Shown: positions 10,090 to 20,476, numbered from the stretch's first letter. The stretch: 64,000 nucleotides of DNA from Desulfatiglandales bacterium (GCA_963662465.1 OY759599.1:1568001-1632000); one strand, 5' to 3'. Notes: generated by a model not told the origin, from the sequence alone. A program made the numbers and translations.

Positions 10090-10407
10090 CTAACCCAAAA
10101 CTGCCGACAGTACCTTGAATGCCAGCTTCAGTTGTTCGGTATCCGCTTGATCCAGGAGAGACATTATTATGGACTTCCTTTCCACTGGATCTTCGATTTG
10201 AATAAAGCCGAAGATTTCACCCAGACCCACTTCCAATGATTCCGAGAGCTTTATCAAGGTATTAAGGGTCGGATTTTCATTTCCCCTCTCAATGCTGCTA
10301 AGATATTTCGGGTTGATTTCCATTTTTTCAGACAATTGCTCCTGGGTGAGTCCTTTCTTGTTTCTGACCTCCTTTATTCGTGCCCCGATCATCTGTTTTT
10401 TATCCAC
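10090..10407 (-). CDS. XRE/Cro-C1 family HTH transcriptional regulator
   Basis: IGARIKEVRNKKGLTQEQLSEKMEINPKYLSSIERGNENPTLNTLIKL; GTG start after GGGGG. Confidence 0.9.
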   Translation of the reverse strand: MDKKQMIGARIKEVRNKKGLTQEQLSEKMEINPKYLSSIERGNENPTLNTLIKLSESLEVGLGEIFGFIQIEDPVERKSIIMSLLDQADTEQLKLAFKVLSAVLG

Positions 10408-10484
10408 GGCCTTTAACCCCCCGTCATTTTTGATTTTTCTAATTGTGACAGAGAGCAAGCCAGTTAAAAACAGTCCCACACACG

Positions 10485-10503
10485 GAATATGTTTGACATA
10501 TTC
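10485..10503. promoter_or_regulatory. Inverted repeat, probable operator between divergent genes
   Basis: GAATATG-TTTGA-CATATTC upstream of the XRE gene. Confidence 0.5.
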
Positions 10504-10598
10504 TTGGTGTGAGACTTAGGGTTCAACTTTTCAGATGGAATTTTGGGTATATTTGATGTCCTGTGGATGGAACATCTGTCTTTCCATTATGGAAGTGA

Positions 10599-10877
10599 AT
10601 GAAAATAGATCAGATAAGGGGATATTTGGTGAAATACTTAATATACCTATTCGGTGCGCTGGTTTTAGTTCTGCTTACGCCCACAGTAAACGTGGAAAAG
10701 TTACACTATGAAAAGTGGTATCAAGTTACGCCCAGAGCAAACGGAAAAAAGTTGCACTATGAAAAATGGTATCAGGAGAGATGGTGTAAGGCGAATGGTG
10801 GGTAGATGGAAGTGGTATTTCCGGACAAAACCCGATGTGATTGTTTGACGAACACTCACGCCATTGAATTTGATTTT
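10599..10877 (+). pseudogene. 5' part of a hypothetical exported nuclease-like protein (in-frame TAG at 10803; split by IS at 10878)
   Basis: Hydrophobic N-terminus, duplicated KLHYEKWYQ, then EVVFPDKTRCDCLTNTHAIEFDF, which continues in frame at 29404. Confidence 0.75.
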
Positions 10878-10936
10878 CAGACCATTCCGGATCGTTTTAA
10901 GTACAGATCCTAAGACATGTTTTTGGTACACTTCGT

Positions 10937-11432
10937 TCAGGTATTCTCGGCATACTGATTTTCGAATTTGACCTTCAGGCCAAGCCCTCCCCACCAGGTA
11001 ACCCTGTTGAGCCCACGTTCAGAACGACTCTGCAGAAGACGACCAATCGCGGACTGGAGTTCTCCCTCTCCCATGTCCAGATAGGTAAGTTCGAGATGGT
11101 CTCCACGTTGACGAATTTTACAGTTGTGCCTCCCAAATAGCAAGTATCGAAAGGTCGATAGTGTTCTCTTGTATCCTGCTGAATCTCTGACAAACTTTTC
11201 ATCCAGGGACTGGAGGAAGTTCTCGTAGGCTAGCCTGGCAATCTGTACGCAGTAGAAGTTGGTCTCTATCTTCTCTGGATCTTTACCCAGGATGTGATCT
11301 ATGAAGTAGCTGTGGATCAAATCCTTTAGCCCGTTTTCGATGGGCCAGCGTAGCCTGTATCTCTCCAAGACTTCTCGATTCGAGAGATCTTGAAAAGTCG
11401 TTCCGAAACAACGCACATCACCTGTCTTCTTG
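10937..11432 (-). pseudogene. Outer-IS transposase, fragment 4 (C-terminus)
   Basis: YRLRWPIENGLKDL = Y-R-E-K catalytic E motif. Confidence 0.85.
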
Positions 11433-13230
11433 CAGCAATTCCCGGTCAAGAATTTACTCACAGAGTTTGAAAAACATATTTCAAAAACAAACCCTGAGAT
11501 CAGATCCTTTTCAGAAAAATTGTATTAAATCCACTATTACCTCCCTCGATTTCTTGCAGGTTGAGCTTCTTTGACAAGAGTAAGAGCATAAAAGCACGAG
11601 TTAGGGCAGAGATATCCATTTCCGGAATCTCCAGTTTTTTATTAATGAGAGCATTTTTGTATGCGAACTTGGGCATGACAAATTTAACCACTGTTATATA
11701 GAATAACTGGCGCTTGAAACTTTACGCCATAATAGAGGGCTTCATAGAGCATCCTCATCGATTTGAATTCAAAATCTCTAAACAAAGCTCTCATCCGTTC
11801 CCACAATTCCCTTTTTGAGCCGAGTTTATGCCATGCGGCTATAAATAGAGGGCAACAAAGCTGTTGAGTTTGATCCACCAAGAATGCCAGCATCATGAGC
11901 ATCGCAAAAACAACACTCAGATTCTTCTTGCCGAGCCCGTAGTTGTGTTCAAAATGATATCCTTGGTTCTTAAGAGTATTGAAGGTTTCATTTTCGATCT
12001 TCCATCTCGCACGGCCGCCTCGCATTAGCTGGTATGCATTGTCCTTTCCTATTAAAAAATCTGTCACCCAACTAAAATGTTTTGTTTTTTTCGGTGTAAT
12101 TTCCCAATATTCCAGAAAGTTAACCAGCATATTCTTGTTAGAGGCATTGAGAGGTACCTGGTTAATAAATCGGAAACGATGTATTTTTTCCGGATCCTCT
12201 TTATCGACCAATTCGAATTCAGTGACGTCACCATTTATCCGCGCTTGTTCGACGTGATTAAACAAGAAATGGTGATCTCCTTTTTTAACTCCCAGAATAT
12301 AATGAAAATTTTGCTTTTGTATTTCTTCAATGTGGGGTGCATTCGAACTTAACGCGTCCTCTGTTATAATGATAGGCAGATGGGGATGCTCCTCTTTTAG
12401 CTTTTGCAAGAAACGTTTCGCGGCATTACGCTCACAGTCGTTCTTGCTTTGGCCATCCTGCTTGACTATGAATTCCGGAGCAAGCGGAATGACCTCTTTG
12501 AAATCCGGATGGACAATTGCTGCCCCCAACATCTGCTGATAATAGGTTTTTTCGCCGGTTTTTTTCGATACTTTTACCAAACAACTATCAGAGGAAAGTT
12601 TCTTCGATGAGAAGAAACCCGTTCCATCCAAAGATAGAAGATAACAACCTTCGAAAAATACCATACGTTCAAGCACCTTTCCCCTTTGCAGTTCCCAGAA
12701 GATATTCCTATACGGTTTCCGAAGTTCTTCTGCGAGCACTTCATCAAGAATGGTGCGCATCGTACTGTCACATGGGATCTTTCCAATATGGTATATGTTC
12801 CCAAGATTACTATCGGTTTTTCTTCTTTCATCAAAGGCAAGCAACGATGGCTCCTTGAGCGAAAACATTGCAAACCCGGACATCAAGGCATCCGCAATAG
12901 TAATATCGGGATCCTCACGGCAGTCAGAGACTTCAGAAAAATCTTTATGCAGACGCTTGAAAATTGCATCTGCATTAAGATGCTTGCGAACTCCAATCTT
13001 GCCTCTCTCTTTTCTTCCTTTTTGGCTTCTGATTCCCATAGGCAGTAATCATCGGCCAAGTTGATCTGAAAGTCCAGCTTTTTCTGAGAATTGCCAAAAA
13101 AATTCCTGTTTTATTTTAAAAATTGGAGAAAAAAGCCTTTTCAGGCTATTCATTCAACGTAAAGCTTTACGAAAAGGAAATGCCAAAAGGTACTGTCCTA
13201 GCGCCTTTAGAATCTAAGCGGGAATTGCTG
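11433..13230 (-). mobile_element. IS element, 1,798 bp, probably ISNCY (ISDol1-like group)
   Basis: TIR CAGCAATTCCCG at both ends; 9-bp TSD GTCTTCTTG at 11424-11432 and 13231-13239. Confidence 0.88.
11684..13039 (-). CDS. DDE transposase (intact, 451 aa)
   Basis: SLDGTG, TEDAL, GRARWKIENETFNTLKNQGYHFEHNYG. Confidence 0.92.
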   Translation of the reverse strand: MGIRSQKGRKERGKIGVRKHLNADAIFKRLHKDFSEVSDCREDPDITIADALMSGFAMFSLKEPSLLAFDERRKTDSNLGNIYHIGKIPCDSTMRTILDEVLAEELRKPYRNIFWELQRGKVLERMVFFEGCYLLSLDGTGFFSSKKLSSDSCLVKVSKKTGEKTYYQQMLGAAIVHPDFKEVIPLAPEFIVKQDGQSKNDCERNAAKRFLQKLKEEHPHLPIIITEDALSSNAPHIEEIQKQNFHYILGVKKGDHHFLFNHVEQARINGDVTEFELVDKEDPEKIHRFRFINQVPLNASNKNMLVNFLEYWEITPKKTKHFSWVTDFLIGKDNAYQLMRGGRARWKIENETFNTLKNQGYHFEHNYGLGKKNLSVVFAMLMMLAFLVDQTQQLCCPLFIAAWHKLGSKRELWERMRALFRDFEFKSMRMLYEALYYGVKFQAPVILYNSG

Positions 13231-13809
13231 GTCTTCTTGTTCCTTTTGACAACCAAGTGGAGTACCTTGGCGAGATTGTTCAGATCAAACCGTTTTCCCG
13301 CGATCTCGTATTCCTTACCGAAGGCTTCCCATTGGGCTTCGGAAACCACTTCACGCATCATCTGATCAACTCGCTTGTTTCGCTTCATGCACATGATCAC
13401 ATCAACTTGGGAGAACTCATCGACGACAAAGTAGTCGATTACCGGAAAGCTTGTGTATTCACTGTCCATGTATATCTCACGAATCGCATCGCGCCCCAGG
13501 ATCGGATAAAGGTTCTTTTCGCAGAACTCGCGGACAATCCTTGTTGCTCTGCTCGAACCATTGCAGAATGCTATGTTGATCAGAACGTCCGTGTCGAGGT
13601 CCCAGATAACGTGGGGCCGAAAGCCGGGGCAAATATCGCCGGCGGAGTTGGGTCCTTTGCCAATTTCCTCTGCGTCGGGTTGGTTGCCGTAGAACTCTTT
13701 GAAGTGGAAATCCTGTGCGATCCTCTCTCCCCGAATCAAACCCAGGTCCCGCGCCCTGGCGGCCACGTCATTTCGAAGATCCTGGAGGTGTTCGAACTTC
13801 ATATCAACA
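13231..13809 (-). pseudogene. Outer-IS transposase, fragment 3
   Basis: IAQDFHFKEFYG (D1) and IYMDSEY (D2); in frame with the flanking fragments. Confidence 0.85.
13698..13809 (+). repeat. 112-bp perfect direct repeat, left copy
   Basis: Identical to 21294-21405; abuts the IS66-like TIR. Confidence 0.95.
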
Positions 13810-13930
13810 GTGTCCTTTCTGCAAGCCTGCATAGGGCAAATTTTTTCATTTTTTTTTGGGTGGCCGGAAGACGCTAGGTGGCGAGCTCCGTTATCCGGCG
13901 TCTTCTGTCGATCTGATTATCTGTGAGTTA

Positions 13931-14170
13931 CTAAGACTGGGAATTTAGATTTTGCCTGTAATTCCAGGGAAGCCAGTTTTCGGGGTTTACCTTTACCAGC
14001 TCGGGATTTTTGTGAATGGTCAGGAGATATTCGTACGGATTTTCTCCGTTCATGGCACAGGTCTGAATAAGGCTCATAAAGATGTCTCCAATGAGGGCGC
14101 CATGCTCTGTTTTGTAAAACAGGGAGTTTTTTCTGTGAAGAATGGCCTTTTTCAAAGCCCTTTCGCAGAT
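13931..14170 (-). pseudogene. tnpC: IS66 TnpC C-terminal fragment
   Basis: CERALKKAILHRKNSLF...SLIQTCAMNGENPYEYL...WLPWN. Confidence 0.9.
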
Positions 14171-14306
14171 GTAATGCCGACTCCCGGATTATGCCGCATT
14201 ACAAGAATTTTGTGGGATTATTCGTGCCTTGAAGTAGTTGCTGACGCGGCATAATTTTTGTGGGATCTTCGGTTTGGCAATCCCGCCAAACGAAAGGAGA
14301 GACCAC

Positions 14307-15551
14307 ATGAAAACATTCAGTAATTTCGTATCGAAAAACAACCCGCATTCGAACCTATGTCAAACCCATGTCAACTCCTTCCTATCACACCTTCGCACTC
14401 TGGGGTATGCAGAACGGACGCTACGGAAAAAGCGTCCAGTTGCTGCCTCTTTTGCCCGATGGACAGTGGGGAAGCGGCTTACTGTAAACGATCTAAACGA
14501 ATCCCATCTGACCGAATTCGTGGAGCGTTTGCACAAAAGGCAAAAAGCCCGGATAAAATTCGAAATGGCTGCCCTGCGGCTTTTTCTCAGCTATCTGCGC
14601 CAAGAAGGTGTGGTTCCAAATCCTCCAATACTTGATGCTTCACCCGTGGATGATTTTAAGCGGACCTACATAGAATACCTGCGAAAGGAGCGAGGACTCG
14701 CCGAAAACTCAATTCTTGTTTATTCGCCTTTCATCAGTGATTTTCTCAATGATCGGTTAGCCCAAACCGGTTGCATCTCTTTCCATGCATTGGATGCCCT
14801 GACAATCCAAAATTTCCTCCTCGATCGCATTCAAAACCGGTCGAGAGAATACTCGAGGCTTCTGGCCGCCGCCCTCCGATCATTCTTGCGGTTTCTTTAC
14901 CTTCGCAAAGAAATAACAATTGATTTTTCCCTATCGATTCCCAGAGTCCGTAAATGGCATCAGTCCGAGGTAATTGGCTTTCTAACCCCCGACCAGGTAG
15001 AAAGGATCCTTTCGTCAACCGATCTGTCGACGCCACGTGGAAGACGCGATTATGCCATTTTGCTTCTTCTTGCACGACTCGGTCTGCGTGCGGGAGAGAT
15101 AATCACGATAGAACTCGGTGACATCCTCTGGCGGATCGGGGAGATCGTTATTCGCGGCAAGGGCCAAGTACAGGACCGACTACCATTGGTCTCAGATGTC
15201 GGAGATGCTTTAGCGGTTTATCTACGTCAAGACAGAGGAGATAGCGTATCGCGACGGGTTTTTCTGCGAATGATTGCTCCACGCGTTGGCTTGGCCGGCC
15301 CAGGGGCGATTGGCCATATTGTACGCCTTGCATTTGCCCGAGCCGGCATATGTGCTCCGAGCCGTGGCGCAGCCCATCTCTTCCGCCACGGTCTGGCCAC
15401 CAGAATGATCCGCCAGGGTGCCTCCATCGCTGAGATCTCTGAGGTTCTCCGTCATCAATCCCAGAGTTCCACAGCCATTTACGCGAAGGTCGATTTCGAG
15501 ACACTCCGTGAGATTGCTCCGCCTTGGCCGGGTCAAGGAGGTGTGCGATGA
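14307..15551 (+). CDS. ritA: Tyrosine recombinase RitA
   Basis: LGLRAGE, RGKG, HLFRHGLA, VLRH, TAIYAKVD; AGGAGA RBS. Confidence 0.92.
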   Translation: MKTFSNFVSKNNPHSNLCQTHVNSFLSHLRTLGYAERTLRKKRPVAASFARWTVGKRLTVNDLNESHLTEFVERLHKRQKARIKFEMAALRLFLSYLRQEGVVPNPPILDASPVDDFKRTYIEYLRKERGLAENSILVYSPFISDFLNDRLAQTGCISFHALDALTIQNFLLDRIQNRSREYSRLLAAALRSFLRFLYLRKEITIDFSLSIPRVRKWHQSEVIGFLTPDQVERILSSTDLSTPRGRRDYAILLLLARLGLRAGEIITIELGDILWRIGEIVIRGKGQVQDRLPLVSDVGDALAVYLRQDRGDSVSRRVFLRMIAPRVGLAGPGAIGHIVRLAFARAGICAPSRGAAHLFRHGLATRMIRQGASIAEISEVLRHQSQSSTAIYAKVDFETLREIAPPWPGQGGVR

Positions 15552-16489
15552 CTGCAATCCGTGACGCACTTGCACGGTATTTAACAGTCCGCCGTGCCCT
15601 CGGTACTCGTCTACAAGAGCCAGCCACGACACTTGGCTATTTTGTAGATTTCCTTGACCTTCAGGGAGCAAAATTCATCACCACTGATCTCGCCCTTCGT
15701 TGGGCGTGCCAGCCAAAGCATGTGCAAAGAGCGACATGGGCACGCCGGCTTACTATGGTCAGGCAGTTTGGTGCTTGGCTGAGTGCATTCGACCCGCGAA
15801 CGGAAGTACCGCCAAAACGGCTCCTCAATGCCCGTCATCGGCGCAGTAAGCCCTACATCTATACCGAACAGGAAATAGAACATCTCATGATCGAGGCCGC
15901 TTTGCTCCCGTCACCGATGGGATTGCGCGCATTAACCTATGTGACGCTCATAGGTCTTCTTGCCGTTACGGGTATTCGGCCAGGTGAAGTGGTAGCTTTG
16001 AATCTGTCTGATGTGGATCTAAAGAACGGTATTCTTGTAATTCGGCAGACGAAATTTGGAAAGTCCCGTTTTGTTCCGATTGACGATTCGACATGTTCCG
16101 CCCTTTTGGATTATGCAAATCGACGCAATAACTTTTACACACGTTTTCAGACCAACAGTTTTTTTGTCTCCGAACGAGGCACAAGACTAAGTCTTGGATC
16201 CGCCCGACGTACATTCGCCAAAGTATCATGTGCTGTCGGTCTTCGAACTGCAAAAGATGGCTGCCGAATCGGTCGCGGACCAAGGCTTCAGGATTTTAGG
16301 CATACGTTTGCAACAAGAAGAATTATCAAATGGTATCAGGCCGGATTGGACGTGAACAGAGAGTTGCCAAAGCTCACTTCCTATCTCGGCCACTCAAACG
16401 TCAGTCATACTTATTGGTATATTGAGGCGGTCCCGGAGCTCCTCCAGCTCGCTTCCGAGCACATGGGCCGGCAAGGAGGTGCACAATGA
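15548..16489 (+). CDS. ritB: Tyrosine recombinase RitB
   Basis: TGIRPGE, TKFGKSR, QDFRHTFA, YLGH, TYWY; ATGA overlap with ritA. Confidence 0.92.
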   Translation: MTAIRDALARYLTVRRALGTRLQEPATTLGYFVDFLDLQGAKFITTDLALRWACQPKHVQRATWARRLTMVRQFGAWLSAFDPRTEVPPKRLLNARHRRSKPYIYTEQEIEHLMIEAALLPSPMGLRALTYVTLIGLLAVTGIRPGEVVALNLSDVDLKNGILVIRQTKFGKSRFVPIDDSTCSALLDYANRRNNFYTRFQTNSFFVSERGTRLSLGSARRTFAKVSCAVGLRTAKDGCRIGRGPRLQDFRHTFATRRIIKWYQAGLDVNRELPKLTSYLGHSNVSHTYWYIEAVPELLQLASEHMGRQGGAQ

Positions 16490-17481
16490 AAGCCTCCAGC
16501 TTTTCATCACTTCTCCAGCGTTTCTTTACGGACAGATTGCTCGCACAGCTTGGCGCCAGTCCGCACACTGTTGCCGCATACCGGGATACCTTCCGTCTGT
16601 TGCTTCGCTTCGCCGCGAAACACTTCGGGCGTTCGCCTTCTGAACTGCGCATAGAAGAGCTCGATGTTTCTTTCCTGTGCAAGTTTATTCAACACCTTGA
16701 ACTTGATCGCTGTAATTGCATCCGGACACGGAATAACCGCCTTTCCGCCCTGCAAGGTTTCTTTCGGTATGTGTCCTTCAGTGAACCCGCACTGTCATTG
16801 CACTGTCAGAGGGTTCTGGCGATCCCTGCCAAACGGTACGAGCGCCGTCCGGTTGAGTTCCTGTCGGATGAAGAAACTGCCGCTCTTGTTGCAGTTCCCG
16901 ATTCAAAAAAATGGATCGGCAGGCGTGACCGAGCGCTCCTGTTGCTCGCCTTACAGACAGGATTGCGAAATAGCGAAATCACATCGCTTCAGTGCAAGGA
17001 TGTGGAACTCGGCACCGGTGCTCACGTCCGTTGCCTCGGAAAGGGTCGAAAGATGCGATGTACCCCTTTGCGCCCTGATGTCGTCGCAGTGCTGAAGAAA
17101 TGGTTAAAGGAGCAAGATGGCCATCCACAAGATCCTCTCTTCCCAAGCTCACGCGGTTTACGTCTCAGTGCAGATGCTCTCCAGCGACTCGTTGCCAAAC
17201 ATGCAGCCATGGCGAGTCATACATGTCCATCCCTAAAAGGGAAAACAGTTACACCCCACACCTTGCGGCATTCGGCGGCCATGAGCCTGCTCCGACGTGG
17301 TGTTGATCTGACCGTGATTGCTCTCTGGCTCGGGCACGAATCAAATGAGACAACACAAATCTACTTGCATGCTGATATGGGAATTAAGGAGCAAGCCCTT
17401 GCCCATACCACTGCAAGTGGTTCCATACCTGATCGGTATCTTCCTGAAGACCCTTTGCTAACATTCCTTGAGAGCCTTTGA
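16486..17481 (+). CDS. ritC: Tyrosine recombinase RitC
   Basis: TGLRNSE, GKGRK, TPHTLRHS, WLGH, TQIY; ATGA overlap with ritB. Confidence 0.92.
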   Translation: MKASSFSSLLQRFFTDRLLAQLGASPHTVAAYRDTFRLLLRFAAKHFGRSPSELRIEELDVSFLCKFIQHLELDRCNCIRTRNNRLSALQGFFRYVSFSEPALSLHCQRVLAIPAKRYERRPVEFLSDEETAALVAVPDSKKWIGRRDRALLLLALQTGLRNSEITSLQCKDVELGTGAHVRCLGKGRKMRCTPLRPDVVAVLKKWLKEQDGHPQDPLFPSSRGLRLSADALQRLVAKHAAMASHTCPSLKGKTVTPHTLRHSAAMSLLRRGVDLTVIALWLGHESNETTQIYLHADMGIKEQALAHTTASGSIPDRYLPEDPLLTFLESL

Positions 17482-17615
17482 TTATGCCGATTGAAAGAGC
17501 CATGAGAATAAGGGGTCCAACGCAGTTTCGACCAGTTAAAACGGATAAAATTGGCAATACGGCATAATCCGGGAGTCGGCATTATATCTGTTATGCCGCT
17601 CGCGGCATAACAGAT

Positions 17616-18080
17616 ATTGTTGTCAAGGGGCGCTCCAGGAACTTCCAGGAACCGGGTTAACGCCTTCCAGTGATTCAGCATATACTGAATTGCCTTTCCC
17701 AAACCGGAATTCGGTTCCACGAGTTTTTCGTCCAATTGCTTGTTGAGCCAGCAATACAATTTATCCATCAAGGGTTTGCTTTCAGCCTGATGGAAGGCCA
17801 GACGCTCTTCGGGTGACATGTTTTCGTCCCTGGCAATCTGATCATTGTGATACACTTTGGCAAGGGTATCGATCACAAACCGGCACTCTTCTGGAAAGCT
17901 CGGGGCGACATCCACGAAGTATCGGCGGGCATGGGTCAGGCAGTTTGCCATAATGACATCCAGGTCCTCCGATGAATTTCGAGACAAGGCATCGCACATA
18001 AGCTGAGGTGGACTGAGACCGGTCAGGCGATTTTCAAGAAGCGCCTTCAGATTTTCACCCGCGTGATTTCTGCCGGTAAA
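17616..18080 (-). pseudogene. tnpC: IS66 TnpC middle fragment
   Basis: FTGRNHAGENL...MCDA...CLTHARRYF...LGKAIQY...PLDNN. Confidence 0.9.
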
Positions 18081-18661
18081 CTAAACAACCACCGTCTTGA
18101 AGACGGTGGGTTTAAAAGCGCGGACTGAAAGTCCAGCAAGACCGGCTTTAGCCGGTAAATTATTCGATATCGAAACGATCGTTTGGGTCTTTTTCAAAAT
18201 GGTGCTCAAGATACTCTTGAATCATGTCCTTGGTAAGCTCGCCAGATGTGACACAGAAATACCCCCGCGCCCAGAAATGCTTACCCCAGTATCGTTTCTT
18301 CAGGTGTGGGAATTCCTCAAAGATCTTTCGCGACGCCCTTCCCTTCACCCTTCGCATTATGTCCGAAGGGGAAATATTTGGTGGCGCCGAAACGAGAATA
18401 TGCACGTGATCCTTGCTGACCACACCACGCACTATCTGGATTTCGAAACGTTCGCAGGTCTGTCGCACGAGTTCCCGAACTCTAAGGGCAACATCACCCT
18501 GCAAAACGTGATAGCGGTATTTGGTTACCCAAACAAAATGATATTCAATCTTGTAGCGAGTGTGGCTTCCTTGACGGTATTCCATGCCAAGTATTATAAG
18601 CCAACCGCTAGCAAAATGCTACCCGCCTGAAAGGCGGGGGTTTTAACCTTTTCCAGAAACA
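18081..18661 (-). mobile_element. IS200-type element (tnpA only), 581 bp, inserted in IS66 tnpC
   Basis: Subterminal hairpins CCCGCC-TTTCA-GGCGGG and CCACCGTC-TTCAA-GACGGTGG; no TSD; inserted 3' of TTTAT; removing it restores tnpC VLY|FTG. Confidence 0.9.
18160..18585 (-). CDS. tnpA: IS200/IS605 Y1 transposase TnpA
   Basis: YHFVWVTKYR, DHVHIL (HUH), FWARGYF, catalytic Tyr in QEYLEHH. Confidence 0.95.
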   Translation of the reverse strand: MEYRQGSHTRYKIEYHFVWVTKYRYHVLQGDVALRVRELVRQTCERFEIQIVRGVVSKDHVHILVSAPPNISPSDIMRRVKGRASRKIFEEFPHLKKRYWGKHFWARGYFCVTSGELTKDMIQEYLEHHFEKDPNDRFDIE

Positions 18662-19555
18662 ATAAAGAACCGCCTGGCGGTCATCCATTTTGGATATAAC
18701 ACCGGTGGTAAAAATCTCTTTTCGACCGTTTTTGGTTTCACCTTCCTTCATGAGGCTCAGAACTTTTCCCGTCGTATCGTCAATGTGGAACAACTCCCCC
18801 TGTGCGGATTGTTTCAGTAGTTCGATATACGGCCCTTTGGCCTCCAAACCCAATGGCTCAACGATACCCCACTGGGTTGATGCGGGAACCGGAACACCCA
18901 TCATGGCTTGAAACTGCTGCAACCGATAGAAAGGAACGCCGTTGGCGTATTTTAGAAGGGCAATGGAAACCGCAACCGTTTCATCATGTTTCTGAGTTCC
19001 CATATCTTCAGGAGGCGTTGCGGTAAAAATTTGGCCGCACAGGTTGCAGCGAAGCTTTTCCAGTTCATAAATCGTTCCCGTTAAAGGCGGCGAACCCTTA
19101 ATCCGGATTAACTTTTCGGGAACTTTTAACCGATACACTTTTCCCCTGGGACATTCCGGACAGGGGTCACCATGTTTGAGACTCTCGTGGCTTATGAACT
19201 TTCTTTCGGCGCCGGTAAAAGCCGAAGCACCGTTTCGACCATGGCCTTTCGGTGGGGGGTTGCCGCCTTTTGGACCGGGATCATCTTCCGGATTATCGCC
19301 GTCTTCGGAATCGGCGTCATCTTCCGGATCATTAAACACTTTATCTTTCTTTTCGGATTTTTGCCCGAACAAGAGGTTTAGCAGCCGCTTGATGGATGCG
19401 GCCTTCTGGTCCAGTACCTGACTCAGGGCTTCAATGGTATCCGCCATGACCTTGATAATCTCGTAGTCGGATTCGGAAACCGCCGGTTTTATCCTTTCAA
19501 GAAGGGACTTGACGTCTTCGGGGGTTAATTCGAGTTTTTGGGGTTTATCCGGCAT
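18662..19555 (-). pseudogene. tnpC: IS66 TnpC N-terminal fragment
   Basis: LFGQKSEK, CPECPRG...CNLCG zinc finger, VPFYRL, FHIDDT; the rejoined fragments give a 532-aa ORF. Confidence 0.9.
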
Positions 19556-20423
19556 GACATAAATACTCCCGAAAGTCTTTACCCATGGGATACCCCCAGA
19601 CGGCCTTTATGGAACGATTGGGTTTACCGGTTTGATCGTTTTTGCCTCTTCCGGTGGTATCTCCCAGATAGACCCAGTTGGCGGCTTTATAACAGGTGCC
19701 GGAAAACAAGGTTTTATCAACGAATGTCTCAAGATAACAAATAGGATGGCGGTATTGCTTTTGCCAATCCTTTGAAATACGCCGGGCCATTTGGCTCAAT
19801 ATATGAGACGCCAGATATTTGACCCGAATCCAGGGCAATATGAGAAGCCGGGTATTATAGGCCATCAGCGACAGGTTCTTCATGCGAACATCAGGAGACC
19901 ATCCGATAAACTGATCCCGGCTTTTGATATGGCGTGGCGGTGAACTCCAGGCCATGCATGCAATGGGATTTTCCCCTGCGAAAACAATGTATTTCAGATG
20001 TTCTCCGACAGGTCTGCAATAACCCAGGTAATGGTACTGGTCCACCAAGCTGTTGAACAGTTTCTCCAAAGGGGTGCGGCGTACCTGAATAAACCGCAGT
20101 GGGCGAATCGAAATCACCGATGTTGTCAGAGGCTTTTCGGGAACGGGGATCACTTCAGGTTTTTTCTGTTTTCCCGATGGATTGACCGGAGGCCGTTTCC
20201 TTTTGGGCAGCTGAATATGCCCCGACCGGTGAAGCTGCAACATCAACCCCCGGCATACCATATCCCTTGTAACACCATTGGGCTGCACCCAGTTCCATGC
20301 CTTACACAGTTTCACCGATAATGCATACCGGCTGTCTTGCGGGTTAGACGCGATCAACTCCTTTATAAAGGAGATGTCTTCTCGGTTGTAGTTCTTGCCT
20401 CTGTATTTGATGATCGTTTCCAT
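19545..20423 (-). CDS. DUF4338 (DruA-like domain) protein
   Basis: LCKAWNWVQPNG...YHYLGY...RDQFIGW...NTRLLILPW...LASHILS...LETFVD...GTCYKAANW...TTGRG. Confidence 0.82.
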   Translation of the reverse strand: METIIKYRGKNYNREDISFIKELIASNPQDSRYALSVKLCKAWNWVQPNGVTRDMVCRGLMLQLHRSGHIQLPKRKRPPVNPSGKQKKPEVIPVPEKPLTTSVISIRPLRFIQVRRTPLEKLFNSLVDQYHYLGYCRPVGEHLKYIVFAGENPIACMAWSSPPRHIKSRDQFIGWSPDVRMKNLSLMAYNTRLLILPWIRVKYLASHILSQMARRISKDWQKQYRHPICYLETFVDKTLFSGTCYKAANWVYLGDTTGRGKNDQTGKPNRSIKAVWGYPMGKDFREYLCHAG

Positions 20424-20476
20424 GGCAAAAACATAAGCATGTATGTTTTGAACGCAAGGGGGGGGACCTGGTTTTT

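Larger units (their letters stand above)
14171..17610 (+). mobile_element. RIT (recombinase-in-trio) element inserted in IS66 tnpC
   Basis: Three overlapping tyrosine recombinases; 25-bp IR TAATGCCGACTCCCGGATTATGCCG at 14172-14196 and 17560-17584; CAGAT on both flanks; terminal palindrome 17585-17616. Confidence 0.92.

Noticed and set aside
14307..17481. Tyrosine recombinases as the integrase of the rpe island
   Set aside because: They form a self-contained RIT element with its own inverted repeats inside IS66 tnpC, far from either island end.
19545..20423. Complete Druantia defence system
   Set aside because: No DruE helicase or other partner genes in the window.
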